A DNA stretch of 45,382 nucleotides from Candidatus Thermosaccharophagus tengchongensis (lineage in GTDB: Bacteria > Armatimonadota > Fervidibacteria > Fervidibacterales > Thermosaccharophagaceae). The position numbers and the translations under genes are program-made. The DNA lies in NCBI GenBank assembly GCA_032161105.1, contig JAVHTD010000024.1, one strand, 5' to 3'. The notes under the pieces were generated by a model that was not told the DNA's origin, did not search any database, and saw only the letters and a list, made by a program, of their open reading frames with translations. Below are positions 10,233-19,654 of the stretch, one piece after another. Within the stretch, counting starts at the first letter, position 1. Each line of letters opens with the position of its first letter.

Positions 10233-12047
10233 ATGCCGCCGGAGGCATCCCCACATGTGTCTTTGATGGTTGTGTGGCAAGATGCCATTGTCAGCGGATG
10301 CATATCTTTTGCGTTGGCTTTGTTGTGCGGTGGGTTGATTCATGCTGTTCATGTGAGGAAACCGCGCGAGCGCAGGGTTGCGCTATTTGGAGGGGACTTG
10401 ATAGCCCTGCTCTCGCTAACGGCGCCGATAGTTTGGTTGCTTTCGTTTTGCAGTGCCGAGTTGGCGTGCGCGTCGGTCAGCACCATGTTCGCTTTGATTC
10501 TATCGCTCGTCATCGCCACGCTCAGCGGTTGGCTAATCGTGTCAATCTCGGAAAGGGCACATTGGCTCGCAATGCTGATACGCCTACTCTCGGCCATTGC
10601 TTGTGCAACCTTGCTATCCATCTTTGGCGTGTCGTTTGATGTTCTCAAGTTGCCGTTCACAACGAGGTTCGTCAACTTGGGCTTGCTTGCCATCCCGTTG
10701 AGCATTGCATGGATGACATTCCTCACGATCGCATTCCAGATGACGGCGAGGGTGCCGTGCCTGTCTCTGGGCATTGGGGCAGTTTCATCACTGACACTCT
10801 CGCTTGCGGCAGTTGCGCTCCCGCAACGGACGACGCCTTTAGCCGTTTCGCTGTCTGGCATTGTGTTTGGAACCTGCATGGGTCTTTTGCCTTGGGCAAT
10901 GATGTTGGGGCAAGCCATGACAACATTTGCCACATCAAGCTCCATCGGGATCCTGCTCAGCGCAATGAGCGTTGTCGGGGCGCTCAAAAATACAGCACTG
11001 CTTGTTGTGGTCGTTCCCGTGCTGGCATTGGGCATTCCGATCGTTGAAGCCACATGCGCGCTTGGTGGCGCGGTTGCATCAAAGGGCGGCGCAAAGAGGG
11101 TGAGCTTGTTTGAGCTGCTCATCAGTGAGGGGCTTGTTGGGATAAGGTTGTGGGTTGTCCTCGTGCTCGCAAATGCTTACCTTTGCATCATTGCCATGGC
11201 GCTCGTATCGCTTGTGAGGATGCATTTTGCGTTGAAGTTGCTTGTTCTCTTATCACTTGCATTCTTTGCCGTTGCGCTCGTTTACATCCTCTCAAGGTTG
11301 CTTTCGCAGAAAGTGCCGAGCCGCCAGACAGTTGAGCTCCTTGGCATACCGATAAGCACGCTCAATTGGGAGCAAACGCTTGAGCGAATTGAGCAATTCA
11401 TATCCGAGGGCAAACCGCACATGATTGCCACTGTGGACACATCCGCCATCGTGCGCGCTCAGGAGGACGAAGAGTTTAAGCGCATCTTGAGGGAAGCGGC
11501 GCTCGTGACACCCGATGGTATTGGCGTCGTCATAGCAACGAGGCTTTTGGGCGAGCCTTTGACGCAACGAATTTCTGGTGTAGACCTTATGGACAAGCTA
11601 TGTGCGCTCGCATCAAGGAAGGGCTACAGAGTTTTTCTTCTCGGGGCGAGGAATGGCGTTGCAAAGCTCGCTGCAGCAAAGCTATCCCAGAGGTATCCGG
11701 GATTGCGAGTTGTCGGGACACACCATGGCTACTTTGACGATGATAAAGAGGTTGTGCGCATCATCAAGGAGAGCAAGCCCCACATACTATTCGTCGCTAT
11801 GGGCATACCGAAACAGGAAAAATGGATTGCACGGCACATGAACGAAATTGGCGCCCCAGTAAGCATAGGTGTTGGGGGCAGCTTTGATGTCTATGCGGGC
11901 ATAACAAAGCGCGCCCCGAGGTGGGTGCAACGAATTTGCATGGAGTGGCTATATCGCGCGCTGCGTGAGCCGCACCGCTTTAAGCGTTTGGTAGCCATCC
12001 CAAAACTTCTGCTGCATGTCGCTAAAGCTTTGGTGAGAAGCTTGTAA
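10233..12047 (+). CDS. Fusion: degenerate MraY/WecA-like membrane domain + WecB/TagA/CpsF glycosyltransferase
   Basis: The C-terminal ~245 aa carry TPDGIGVV, RISGVDL, FVAMGIPKQE, GVGGSFD and RAP.W....EWLYR. The N-terminal ~350 aa are multi-TM and follow WecA/TagO topology. Confidence 0.85.
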   Translation: MPPEASPHVSLMVVWQDAIVSGCISFALALLCGGLIHAVHVRKPRERRVALFGGDLIALLSLTAPIVWLLSFCSAELACASVSTMFALILSLVIATLSGWLIVSISERAHWLAMLIRLLSAIACATLLSIFGVSFDVLKLPFTTRFVNLGLLAIPLSIAWMTFLTIAFQMTARVPCLSLGIGAVSSLTLSLAAVALPQRTTPLAVSLSGIVFGTCMGLLPWAMMLGQAMTTFATSSSIGILLSAMSVVGALKNTALLVVVVPVLALGIPIVEATCALGGAVASKGGAKRVSLFELLISEGLVGIRLWVVLVLANAYLCIIAMALVSLVRMHFALKLLVLLSLAFFAVALVYILSRLLSQKVPSRQTVELLGIPISTLNWEQTLERIEQFISEGKPHMIATVDTSAIVRAQEDEEFKRILREAALVTPDGIGVVIATRLLGEPLTQRISGVDLMDKLCALASRKGYRVFLLGARNGVAKLAAAKLSQRYPGLRVVGTHHGYFDDDKEVVRIIKESKPHILFVAMGIPKQEKWIARHMNEIGAPVSIGVGGSFDVYAGITKRAPRWVQRICMEWLYRALREPHRFKRLVAIPKLLLHVAKALVRSL

Positions 12048-12063
12048 GAGAACCAGCAGGGGA

Positions 12064-12537
12064 TTGAGGGAGTCGCAATGGAAGCCCAAATCAATTGATG
12101 GAGGGGAGAGGGTGCGAAACAGCGAATATATTGCCATAGGGATAGATCCGGGGAGGGTTAAATGCGGTATCGCCGTTGTCGGTGAAAGTAGCGGTGTGCT
12201 TTGGAGCGGCATTGTATCTGCGAGCGAGGTTGATCAGTGCGTTGCAAAGTTGCTCAAAGAGTTTGGCGCAAATGCAATCCTTGTTGGGGGTGGCACCGGC
12301 TCAAAGGAAATCATCAGGCGGCTCATTGAAGCCGGGGTTGACGATCACCTGCTCATCGTAACCGATGAGCGCTTTACCACGCTTGAGGCGAGACGAAGGT
12401 ATTTCAAAGAGCATCCACCAAAGGGTTGGCGCCGTCTTATCCCGATATCGCTTCAAACGCCCCCGGAGCCATACGACCATTATGCTGCCATACTTCTCGT
12501 GGAGCGCCATATGGCCAAGCGTGCAGGCGCAAAGTGA
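12064..12537 (+). CDS. YqgF/RuvX-like RNase H-fold nuclease
   Basis: IGIDPGRVKCGIAV, GGGTGS, DERFTTLEARRRYF, D.YAAILL. True start may be GTG 12112. Confidence 0.75.
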   Translation: MRESQWKPKSIDGGERVRNSEYIAIGIDPGRVKCGIAVVGESSGVLWSGIVSASEVDQCVAKLLKEFGANAILVGGGTGSKEIIRRLIEAGVDDHLLIVTDERFTTLEARRRYFKEHPPKGWRRLIPISLQTPPEPYDHYAAILLVERHMAKRAGAK

Positions 12538-12539
12538 AG

Positions 12540-12568
12540 TTTACGCTGTGTCAGTTGTGTGTTATAAT
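12540..12568 (+). promoter_or_regulatory. Near-consensus sigma70 promoter for the Flp pilin
   Basis: TTTACG (12540-45), 17 bp, TATAAT (12563-68) with extended -10 TG; SD CAGGAGGTG before ATG 12617. Confidence 0.75.
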
Positions 12569-12616
12569 CTATGCCAACCGAAGCGGTAAAACCAGTTGAA
12601 CAGGAGGTGTGAAGGT

Positions 12617-12778
12617 ATGGTGAGAAGGCTCATCCGTGAGGAGCATGGGCAAACGCTGTTGGAGTATGGTTTGCTTGTCAGCCTCATCGGGCTCGTTTGC
12701 ATTGCCATCTTGACTCTGCTCGGTGAGCGCGTCCGAAACCTGTTCGTCACAGTCAACAATGCGATTTTGACGAGGTAG
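12617..12778 (+). CDS. Flp family type IVb pilin
   Basis: 53 aa; EEHG|QTLLEYGLLVSLIGLV Flp motif (G-1, E+5, Y+6) followed by a hydrophobic helix. Confidence 0.92.
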   Translation: MVRRLIREEHGQTLLEYGLLVSLIGLVCIAILTLLGERVRNLFVTVNNAILTR

Positions 12779-12859
12779 TATTTAGGCCGGCATTTTACAG
12801 CAGTTTGCCGCTTGCCCTTCGCAAGAGGGTGCCAGCGCACAAGCCAATCAAATTGTTAG

Positions 12860-12896
12860 AGGGAGCATGAGAGCAATGGCTCAAGTGCTCCCTTTT
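12860..12896 (+). terminator. Probable intrinsic terminator between the pilin and the convergent oxidoreductase
   Basis: AGGGAGCA...TGCTCCCT stem with inner TGAG/CTCA pairing, followed by a short T run. Confidence 0.5.
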
Positions 12897-12900
12897 GCAT

Positions 12901-14244
12901 TTACACGCGTTGAAGGTATTGCGAAGGAAACTTCCACGGGTGACGATATTCCGGCACGGAGAGTTTGGCAGCCTCTGCATCTCCCACGATGCTCTCAGTT
13001 GCTGGGTCAAACTTTATGGCTCTGCCAAGCCTGAGCGATAGCAGGCTCAAAACGATTGGCACATCAACCTTGACATGATAGAGCACGCTGCAACTCGGCT
13101 GCTTGCGCTCTTTGATGCAATCAAGCCACTCGCGCACATGCCCTTTCGGGCGTGGTAGAGTGGGAGGCGGCAATTGTGTGTCCTTCATCCTGTCGCCCTC
13201 AGGCACTATCTTGAAAGAGCCGTAATCGGCAAACAGTGTTCCGTTGACGCCGTGGAAGTATATTCCAAGCCTGCGCCTTATGACTGGTTCTCCGTGGAAA
13301 TCAAACCCGTAGCTGTTGGTCATTGATGTCCACCAAGTCATGATGAGCTTTGGATATTGCCACACCACATAGTGATGGTCGTATGCATCACCATCATCTT
13401 GAATGACAAACCTGCCTCCAGCCGAAGCTATGAATGTTGGGTAGTCAAGTTCAAGCGCCCATATCGGCAGGTCAATGATGTGTGGAGCCATCCCGGCCGT
13501 CCAACCACCGCTGTAATCCATCCACGAGCAGTGATGATAGGAGCTTGATGCGAGCACCGGATGATATGGGCGCAGCGGTGCAGGTCCGCACCACATATCC
13601 CAGTTCAAACCCTTTGGCGGTTCAACCGGGGTGTGCTTTCCGATGCCATCCTTCCCTTGATTGAGCACATGAAAAGTTTTCACCATGCCTATCTCGCCCA
13701 ATATGCCGGAGCGAATTACCTCAACCACACGGATGTAATTTTCGGTTGAGTGAATTTGCGTCCCGACTTGAGTTATGACACCGTGCTTTTTAACCGCATT
13801 TCTGATTGCCAGACTCTCACCGAGATGAAGCGTCATCGGCTTCTCAATGTAAAAGTCCTTGCGAGCTTCGCATGCTACAATCGCTTGCAACGCATGCCAA
13901 TGCGGTGGTGTGGCTATTATCACGGCGTCAATATCGTCACTCGCCAACATCTCTCTGAAGTCGGTGTATGGTTTGCATGTCTCCTTAAACTGTGCTACTG
14001 TTGCATCAAGCCTCTCCTTCCAGACATCGCAAGCTCCCGTTACGACCACATCCGGGTATTTGGCGCACTCATTCAGGACAGCCCTGCCCCTTCCGCCGCA
14101 TCCGATCAAGCCAATGTGTATGCGTTCGTTTGGGTTTGTAGCTTTTCCGAGCGCTTTAAAGTGCCTTGCCGAAAGCCCGATGGCGCAGATGCTCATCGCC
14201 TTCTCAATGAACTCACGCCTCGTATGCTTTCTTTCGCCCGCCAT
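12901..14244 (-). CDS. Tat-exported Gfo/Idh/MocA family oxidoreductase
   Basis: TRREFI twin-arginine motif, IGLIGCGGRG, TPPHWH, YIEKP, QVGTQ, LNWDMWCGPAP. Confidence 0.9.
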   Translation of the reverse strand: MAGERKHTRREFIEKAMSICAIGLSARHFKALGKATNPNERIHIGLIGCGGRGRAVLNECAKYPDVVVTGACDVWKERLDATVAQFKETCKPYTDFREMLASDDIDAVIIATPPHWHALQAIVACEARKDFYIEKPMTLHLGESLAIRNAVKKHGVITQVGTQIHSTENYIRVVEVIRSGILGEIGMVKTFHVLNQGKDGIGKHTPVEPPKGLNWDMWCGPAPLRPYHPVLASSSYHHCSWMDYSGGWTAGMAPHIIDLPIWALELDYPTFIASAGGRFVIQDDGDAYDHHYVVWQYPKLIMTWWTSMTNSYGFDFHGEPVIRRRLGIYFHGVNGTLFADYGSFKIVPEGDRMKDTQLPPPTLPRPKGHVREWLDCIKERKQPSCSVLYHVKVDVPIVLSLLSLRLGRAIKFDPATESIVGDAEAAKLSVPEYRHPWKFPSQYLQRV

Positions 14245-14496
14245 GCCAATCACCTCACACTGCTGTATATGTCCTTTGCAATGGTTCCATTGATGACAAT
14301 GCTATTGGGCTTCGCCGATGTCAAGCTCACAAGCTGACGGCGCTTTGAACAGGGGTGTTTTGATTGGGCTCTCTCGTGCCCGCTTTAACAGCAACACTGA
14401 TGCATCATGCGGTGCTAAATTTTTAATTGATGCAGTTGTCCATTGCGACCTTACAAGCCTCGCACTTCAATCATGCTGTCAGGAGGTGATAGTCCG

Positions 14497-14925
14497 ATGG
14501 CTATAAAGGTGACGCAGATAAAGCCGTGGAAACTTGAAACTGAGGATCGCCCAGGCGCGCTCGCTGATGCCCTTGCGCCATTGGCGGAAGCCGGCATCAA
14601 TCTTGAGTATGTTGAAGCATATGCGCATGAGGCTGAGCCCGGTAGGGCAAGCATCTTTGTTTACCCCATAACAGGTCGTAAAGCGATCACCGCAGCGACG
14701 AATGCCGGCTTCCAGCAGGTGAGTGAATCGCCGTTTGTGTTAGTTGAAGGCGATGATAAGCCCGGCTTGGGGCAAAAGCTATCGCGAGCGCTTGCCGATG
14801 CCGGGATCAACATCCATGGCGTAAGCGCTCTTGTTATCGGGAGGAAGTTCAGGGCTGTCTTCTCATTTGAGAATCCGCAGGATGCCGCCAAGGCATGCAG
14901 GGTGCTCAGGAGAGCAGTTAAGTGA
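14497..14925 (+). CDS. Tandem ACT-domain (amino acid-binding) protein
   Basis: Two ACT repeats: EDRPGALADAL...AGINL and DDKPGLG....LADAGINI; SD AGGAGGTG. Confidence 0.88.
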   Translation: MAIKVTQIKPWKLETEDRPGALADALAPLAEAGINLEYVEAYAHEAEPGRASIFVYPITGRKAITAATNAGFQQVSESPFVLVEGDDKPGLGQKLSRALADAGINIHGVSALVIGRKFRAVFSFENPQDAAKACRVLRRAVK

Positions 14926-14966
14926 GATAAGTGGGACTGACGGTCGCTCCCACATCACGCGCCTGT

Positions 14967-15013
14967 AAAAGAGAGGAGGGCAGGCGCAAAGGTGCGCCTG
15001 CCCTCAGCCTTTT
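14967..15013. terminator. Bidirectional intrinsic terminator
   Basis: Perfect 13-bp stem GAGGGCAGGCGCA-aagg-TGCGCCTGCCCTC (14976-15005) with AAAA upstream and TTTT downstream, between convergent genes. Confidence 0.8.
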
Positions 15014-15025
15014 ATCGCTGTGGTG

Positions 15026-15541
15026 TTAGAAGGATGTGCGCACACCCACGCCTATAGTCCACTTGTCCTGATCCACATCTCCGCCCGCATGGCGCCATGA
15101 GAGTTCTCCGTAAACGCTTACCTTGCTCGTGATAAGCCAGTCAACGCCTGCGTGGACTCCCCAAACAGTCGCGTTGCTTGGGAGGTTCGTTGTTCTGCCA
15201 ACCTCGGCTCCGACATAGAATGTCGGATTGGGTCTCTCAGCACCGGTGATGAACCAGTAGCGTATCTTCCCGCTCCACATTGCCCCTCTTCCTTCCCAGT
15301 CAGCAAATGTCGCTGCAATGTCAAAGTTGGGTGACACAAAGTAGCCGAGCGTCACGCTGTAACCCCACACATTTTGGATCTGCTTACCTGAGTCCTCGCC
15401 AAACAAGCGATCCACATCCGCAGCCAATGTCACTCTACCTTCAAATGGGTATGCCCTTTCCTCCTGCGCTACGGCGATGCTGCCAACCAACACCACAGCG
15501 AGCGATACCATTGTCATCCACGCCAACTTCCTCATCTTCAA
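15026..15541 (-). CDS. Small outer-membrane beta-barrel protein (OmpA/OmpW-like, probably 8-stranded)
   Basis: Sec signal (AVA|QEE), alternating amphipathic strands with aromatic girdle, C-terminal Phe (GVGVRTSF); SD AAGGAGG. Confidence 0.8.
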   Translation of the reverse strand: MKMRKLAWMTMVSLAVVLVGSIAVAQEERAYPFEGRVTLAADVDRLFGEDSGKQIQNVWGYSVTLGYFVSPNFDIAATFADWEGRGAMWSGKIRYWFITGAERPNPTFYVGAEVGRTTNLPSNATVWGVHAGVDWLITSKVSVYGELSWRHAGGDVDQDKWTIGVGVRTSF

Positions 15542-15758
15542 CCCCTCCTTGCTTTGTGGATTTGATGTTTATGCTTCGTCAGTGTTGTAGGGTTGCATAA
15601 GCTACTTATGGTGGCTCTGGAGGATACGAGTGTGTCCCCCTGTTTCCACACTCACCAGAACCACACCACGGTAATCCCCACCACCTCCTTTCGCTCCCAT
15701 ATGTAAATTGCATTCGCGCACCGCATATGCGCGTTGCGAGAGTGCAACGGTCATAATC

Positions 15759-15788
15759 ATGATAGCACTGATGGAGCAAACTCGTCAA
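15759..15788 (-). promoter_or_regulatory. Sigma70-type promoter about 220 nt upstream of the OMP gene
   Basis: Minus strand TTGACG (15788-83), 18 bp, TATCAT (15764-59) with TGn extension. Confidence 0.6.
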
Positions 15789-15813
15789 CACCCTTTGCAG
15801 TTCCGGTAATGGA

Positions 15814-17034
15814 TCAAGTATGCTGCCGAAGCGAATCCCGCTCCGCCTCCGCAATTGCCCGCTCTATCTTGCGCACAGCAAAATCAATCTCGTCCTCAGT
15901 GATGATGAGCGGCGGCAGCATCCGAATTATGCGTTCACCAATCGCATTCACTATTAAGCCATCTTCAAGCAGCTTGCTTTGCACCGACTTTGCGACATCA
16001 TTGTTGAATTCAATCGCCAGCATTAACCCTTTGCCGCGCACCTCTTTTATTAGCGAGCTCTTTGCAGCTATTGTGCGCAGCTTTGAAAGCATCAACTCAC
16101 CCATTGCTGCAGCGTTCTCAACGAGCCCCTCCTCAATGAGCACATCCAAAAAGGCAAGCGCAGCAGCGCATGCCAAGAAGTTACCGCCGAAGGTGCTCGC
16201 ATGACATCCCGGTTCAAACGCCTCAGCCACATCTGGCTTGGCGAGCATGACCCCCATTGGGACGCCGCCGGCAATTGCCTTTGCGAGCGTGAATATGTGC
16301 GGCTTGATGCCATAATGCTCATGAGCCCAGAGCTTGCCCGTGCGTCCAAGACCAGTTTGAACCTCATCAAGGATGAGCAGGATATCATGCCGCTCGCAAA
16401 GCTCGGCTATGCTTGGAAGGTAATCATCGTCCGGGATGCGAACGCCGCTCTCGCCTTGAATTGGCTCAAGGATGATGGCGCAAGTCCTTTCGTTGATAGC
16501 TTCTTGAACGGCATCAATGTCGTTGAATGGGACATATTTGAATCCGCCAACCAGCGGCTCAAACCCGGCGTGATACTTCTCCTGCCCAGTTGCCGTCATC
16601 GCCCCATATGTGCGCCCGTGAAATGAACCGATGGCAGAAATGATTTCATAACACCCCTCACCGTGCCTCAACTTGGCGTATCTTCTCGCCAGCTTAATTG
16701 CGGCTTCGTTTGCCTCAGCACCGCTGTTGCAGAAAAAGCATTTGTAGCCACCGCTTAATTCATACAGGCGCTGTGCAAGTTCAGCCTGAGGCGCAATGTA
16801 GTAAAGGTTGGATGTGTGAATGAGCTCCTCGGCTTGTTTCCTTATCGCTGCCACCACCTTCGGATGACAATGCCCGGCTGCTGCAACCCCTATCCCGGAG
16901 ACGAGGTCAAGGTATTCTTTGCCATCGGTGTCCCAGAGGCGAGTCCCCTTACCCTTGACGAATGCCACCGGAAGGCGTGAGTAGGTGTGCATTACATGCT
17001 CCCTATCCAACCTCGCAATCTCCTCAAACCTCAT
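15814..17034 (-). CDS. argD: Acetylornithine aminotransferase (class III PLP)
   Basis: FFCNSGAEANEAAIKLAR, SFHGRT, EPIQGESG, DEVQTG, TLAK, HASTFGGN. Confidence 0.93.
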   Translation of the reverse strand: MRFEEIARLDREHVMHTYSRLPVAFVKGKGTRLWDTDGKEYLDLVSGIGVAAAGHCHPKVVAAIRKQAEELIHTSNLYYIAPQAELAQRLYELSGGYKCFFCNSGAEANEAAIKLARRYAKLRHGEGCYEIISAIGSFHGRTYGAMTATGQEKYHAGFEPLVGGFKYVPFNDIDAVQEAINERTCAIILEPIQGESGVRIPDDDYLPSIAELCERHDILLILDEVQTGLGRTGKLWAHEHYGIKPHIFTLAKAIAGGVPMGVMLAKPDVAEAFEPGCHASTFGGNFLACAAALAFLDVLIEEGLVENAAAMGELMLSKLRTIAAKSSLIKEVRGKGLMLAIEFNNDVAKSVQSKLLEDGLIVNAIGERIIRMLPPLIITEDEIDFAVRKIERAIAEAERDSLRQHT

Positions 17035-17055
17035 TTTTCCTACCCCGCTGTGCGT

Positions 17056-18105
17056 TCAAACGAATTGCCTCAGGAAGCGGATGTCGTTCTCAAAGAAGAG
17101 CCTAATGTCATCAATGCCGTAGCGCAGCATAGCCAACCTTTCAACACCCATACCAAAGGCGTATCCCTGCCACCTCTCAATGTCATAACCCACATTGCGA
17201 AGCACATTCGGATGAACCATCCCACACCCGAGCACTTCAACCCATCCCCTATGCTTGCACACTGGACAGCCAGCCCCGTTGCACATCAAACAGCCAATGT
17301 CAACTTCGGCGCTCGGCTCAGTGAACGGGAAGTGATGTGGTCTGAAGCGCGCTTTCACATCCTCACCGAAGAAGCGCCGCGCGAAGGTCATGAGCGTCCC
17401 TTTCAAGTCGGCGAATGTCACATCCTCGTCAACGAGCAATCCCTCAACTTGATGAAATGTATGGGAGTGCGTCCTGTCAACCTCGTCCCTTCGGTATACA
17501 CGCCCCGGTGAGATAATCCTAATCGGCGGTTGGCGTGATTCCATCACCCTTATCTGGACAGCCGATGTTTCGGTGCGAAGGAGCAACTGGTCGGTTATGT
17601 AGAAGCTATCATGCTCATCCCTTGCTGGATGCTCGGGCGGCATGTTGAGGGCTATGAAGTTGTGCCATTCGGTCTCAATCTCAGGACCCTCAACGACCTC
17701 AAATCCCAAGTCCGTGAAGATGGCGCATATCTCATTGATGGTTTGCGTTATCGGATGCAAGCCGCCAATGCGCCATATTCTTCCCGGCATCGTCACATCA
17801 ATCTTCTCAGCCTCAAGAGCCTTCGCTTGTTCAATTGCCTCAAGCTCGCGCTTGCGCGCATCAAATGCGGCTTGCACAACCTCACGAACCCTGTTAGCTG
17901 TTTCTCCGACCCTCGGGCGATGTTCCATTGGCAGGCGACCGACCATGCGCAGGATTTGTTGCAATTCACCCCTGCGGCTCAAATAGCGAAGGCGCACATG
18001 CTCAAGCTCCTCAAGCGATTCCGAGACGGCTATCTGGTTGACCGCCTCACTCTCAAGCGCTTTCAAACGGTTGAGCAACTCCTCAACTTCCATGCTTGCC
18101 ATCAC
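17056..18105 (-). CDS. pheS: Phenylalanine--tRNA ligase alpha subunit
   Basis: HPARDEHDSFY, PGRVYRRD, FHQVEGL, FPFTEPSAEVD, AFGMGVERLAML. Confidence 0.97.
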   Translation of the reverse strand: MMASMEVEELLNRLKALESEAVNQIAVSESLEELEHVRLRYLSRRGELQQILRMVGRLPMEHRPRVGETANRVREVVQAAFDARKRELEAIEQAKALEAEKIDVTMPGRIWRIGGLHPITQTINEICAIFTDLGFEVVEGPEIETEWHNFIALNMPPEHPARDEHDSFYITDQLLLRTETSAVQIRVMESRQPPIRIISPGRVYRRDEVDRTHSHTFHQVEGLLVDEDVTFADLKGTLMTFARRFFGEDVKARFRPHHFPFTEPSAEVDIGCLMCNGAGCPVCKHRGWVEVLGCGMVHPNVLRNVGYDIERWQGYAFGMGVERLAMLRYGIDDIRLFFENDIRFLRQFV

Positions 18106-18950
18106 CTCATCGTGGAAGGCTTATTAGCCTCATTCGCATTAGCATAATGCCACTGCCTCAAAACTTCGTATGCAAGGATGGCACAAGCATGCGATACATT
18201 GAGCGACTCAGCCCTGCCATACATCGGTATCGTTAGCGTCTCATCCGCAATCTCGCGCATTCGTTCGCTGAGCCCTCTTGCCTCATTCCCAAAGAGCAAT
18301 GCCACACGCTCACCAAAGCGGTGCGTGTAAAGGCATTCCCCGTGATGTGGGTCTGTGGCGATAATCTGAAATTTATTTTCACGCAGCCACGCTTCAAGTT
18401 CCGAGATGTCTCTAACCCTAACGACATTGACATGAAACACACTTCCGGCGCTTGCCCGTATCACCTTAGGGTTGTATCTATCTGCTGCTCCCGATGTTGT
18501 TATGACACCGCAAGCGCCAACAGCATCAGCCACCCTCACTATGGAGCCAACATTTGTTGGGTCTTGGACATCCTCAAGGACGATGATACAGCAATGCGCC
18601 TTCGGCTTTATCTCATGGAGGCTGTGATGGCGTTGCTTAGCGACAGCTATGGCGCATGTCCCGGATTCAAGGGTTGAAATCTGGTGCATAAGGCTCTCTC
18701 GCATCAAGATCACATCTGCAGAGCGGCTTCTTGCGAGCTCAATCAGTTTGGCTCCCTTATCGGATTGCGCAAACTGTGGTGTGAGCGCCACCCACTCAAC
18801 ATCCCAACCGCTGCTTAATATCTCGGCGATGAGCAAAGGCGTCTCAACCAAAAACAAGTTGTGCCTCTTTCGCCCATGCCCTTTAGTGAGTGCCTTCGCG
18901 AGTTTGAATCGCTCGTTCTCGGGGCTTGATATGCATGGCAGGCGTTCCAT
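18102..18950 (-). CDS. TrmH/SpoU family RNA methyltransferase (two-domain, rRNA type)
   Basis: LEDVQDPTNVGSIVR, RASAGS, LFGNEARGLS, IPMYGRAESLNV; usual position between rplT and pheS. Confidence 0.9.
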   Translation of the reverse strand: MERLPCISSPENERFKLAKALTKGHGRKRHNLFLVETPLLIAEILSSGWDVEWVALTPQFAQSDKGAKLIELARSRSADVILMRESLMHQISTLESGTCAIAVAKQRHHSLHEIKPKAHCCIIVLEDVQDPTNVGSIVRVADAVGACGVITTSGAADRYNPKVIRASAGSVFHVNVVRVRDISELEAWLRENKFQIIATDPHHGECLYTHRFGERVALLFGNEARGLSERMREIADETLTIPMYGRAESLNVSHACAILAYEVLRQWHYANANEANKPSTMR

Positions 18951-18974
18951 GAGGTGAAGGCATCCACAAAAGGG

Positions 18975-19334
18975 TTATGTTGCAGAGAGCACTTCCTTTG
19001 CCTTGCTCACAACTTCCGAGAATGCCTGTGGATCGTTGAGCGCCATTTCGGCGAGCATCTTCCTGTTGAGTTCAATCCCAGCAAGCTTTAACCCGTGAAT
19101 GAATTTGCTATACGAAAGACCATATTCACGCACTGCCGCGTTTATCCGGGCAATCCACAGCCTTCTAAAGTCGCGCTTTTTGAGCTTCCTATCTCGGTAG
19201 GCGTTTGCGAGCGCCCTTATCACAGCCTCATTTGCACGCCTGAAGCATCTGCTCTTTGCGCCCCAATAGCCCTTTGCGAGCTTGAGTATTTTCTTGTGTC
19301 TGCGCCTCGTTACAGTTCCACCCTTCACGCGCAT
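18975..19334 (-). CDS. rplT: 50S ribosomal protein L20
   Basis: [41 protein letters not shown]. Confidence 0.98.
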   Translation of the reverse strand: MRVKGGTVTRRRHKKILKLAKGYWGAKSRCFRRANEAVIRALANAYRDRKLKKRDFRRLWIARINAAVREYGLSYSKFIHGLKLAGIELNRKMLAEMALNDPQAFSEVVSKAKEVLSAT

Positions 19335-19364
19335 CTTCACCTGCACCTCCAAGTGCGATTCCGA

Positions 19365-19559
19365 TTATGGTGAGAGCAATTCCTTGATTGCCTTCGCTTG
19401 CCCCTGATAGACTGTTACCTCCTTCCTGAGCAATCTCTTTCTGCGCTTTCGCTTTCGGCGCATGTAGTGCCCACCGCCCATGCGAACATGCATCACTTTT
19501 CCCGTTGCCGTAACCTTGAACCGCTTCTTAGCCGTGCGCTTTGATTTATTTCCCGGCAT
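19365..19559 (-). CDS. rpmI: 50S ribosomal protein L35
   Basis: 64 aa, AKKRFKVTATGKV, located between infC and rplT. Confidence 0.95.
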   Translation of the reverse strand: MPGNKSKRTAKKRFKVTATGKVMHVRMGGGHYMRRKRKRRKRLLRKEVTVYQGQAKAIKELLSP

Positions 19560-19654
19560 CTTGTTGCCCTCCCGTCAACGCATAAAGATGGAATACCCCT
19601 CATCATCTGCAGCGGCGTATCTGTCATGCGCTTGTTTACCTTCAGGATGTCCAT

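Noticed and set aside
10349..11122. 257-aa minus-strand ORF (likewise 35138-35911)
   Set aside because: Antisense shadows of well-supported genes.
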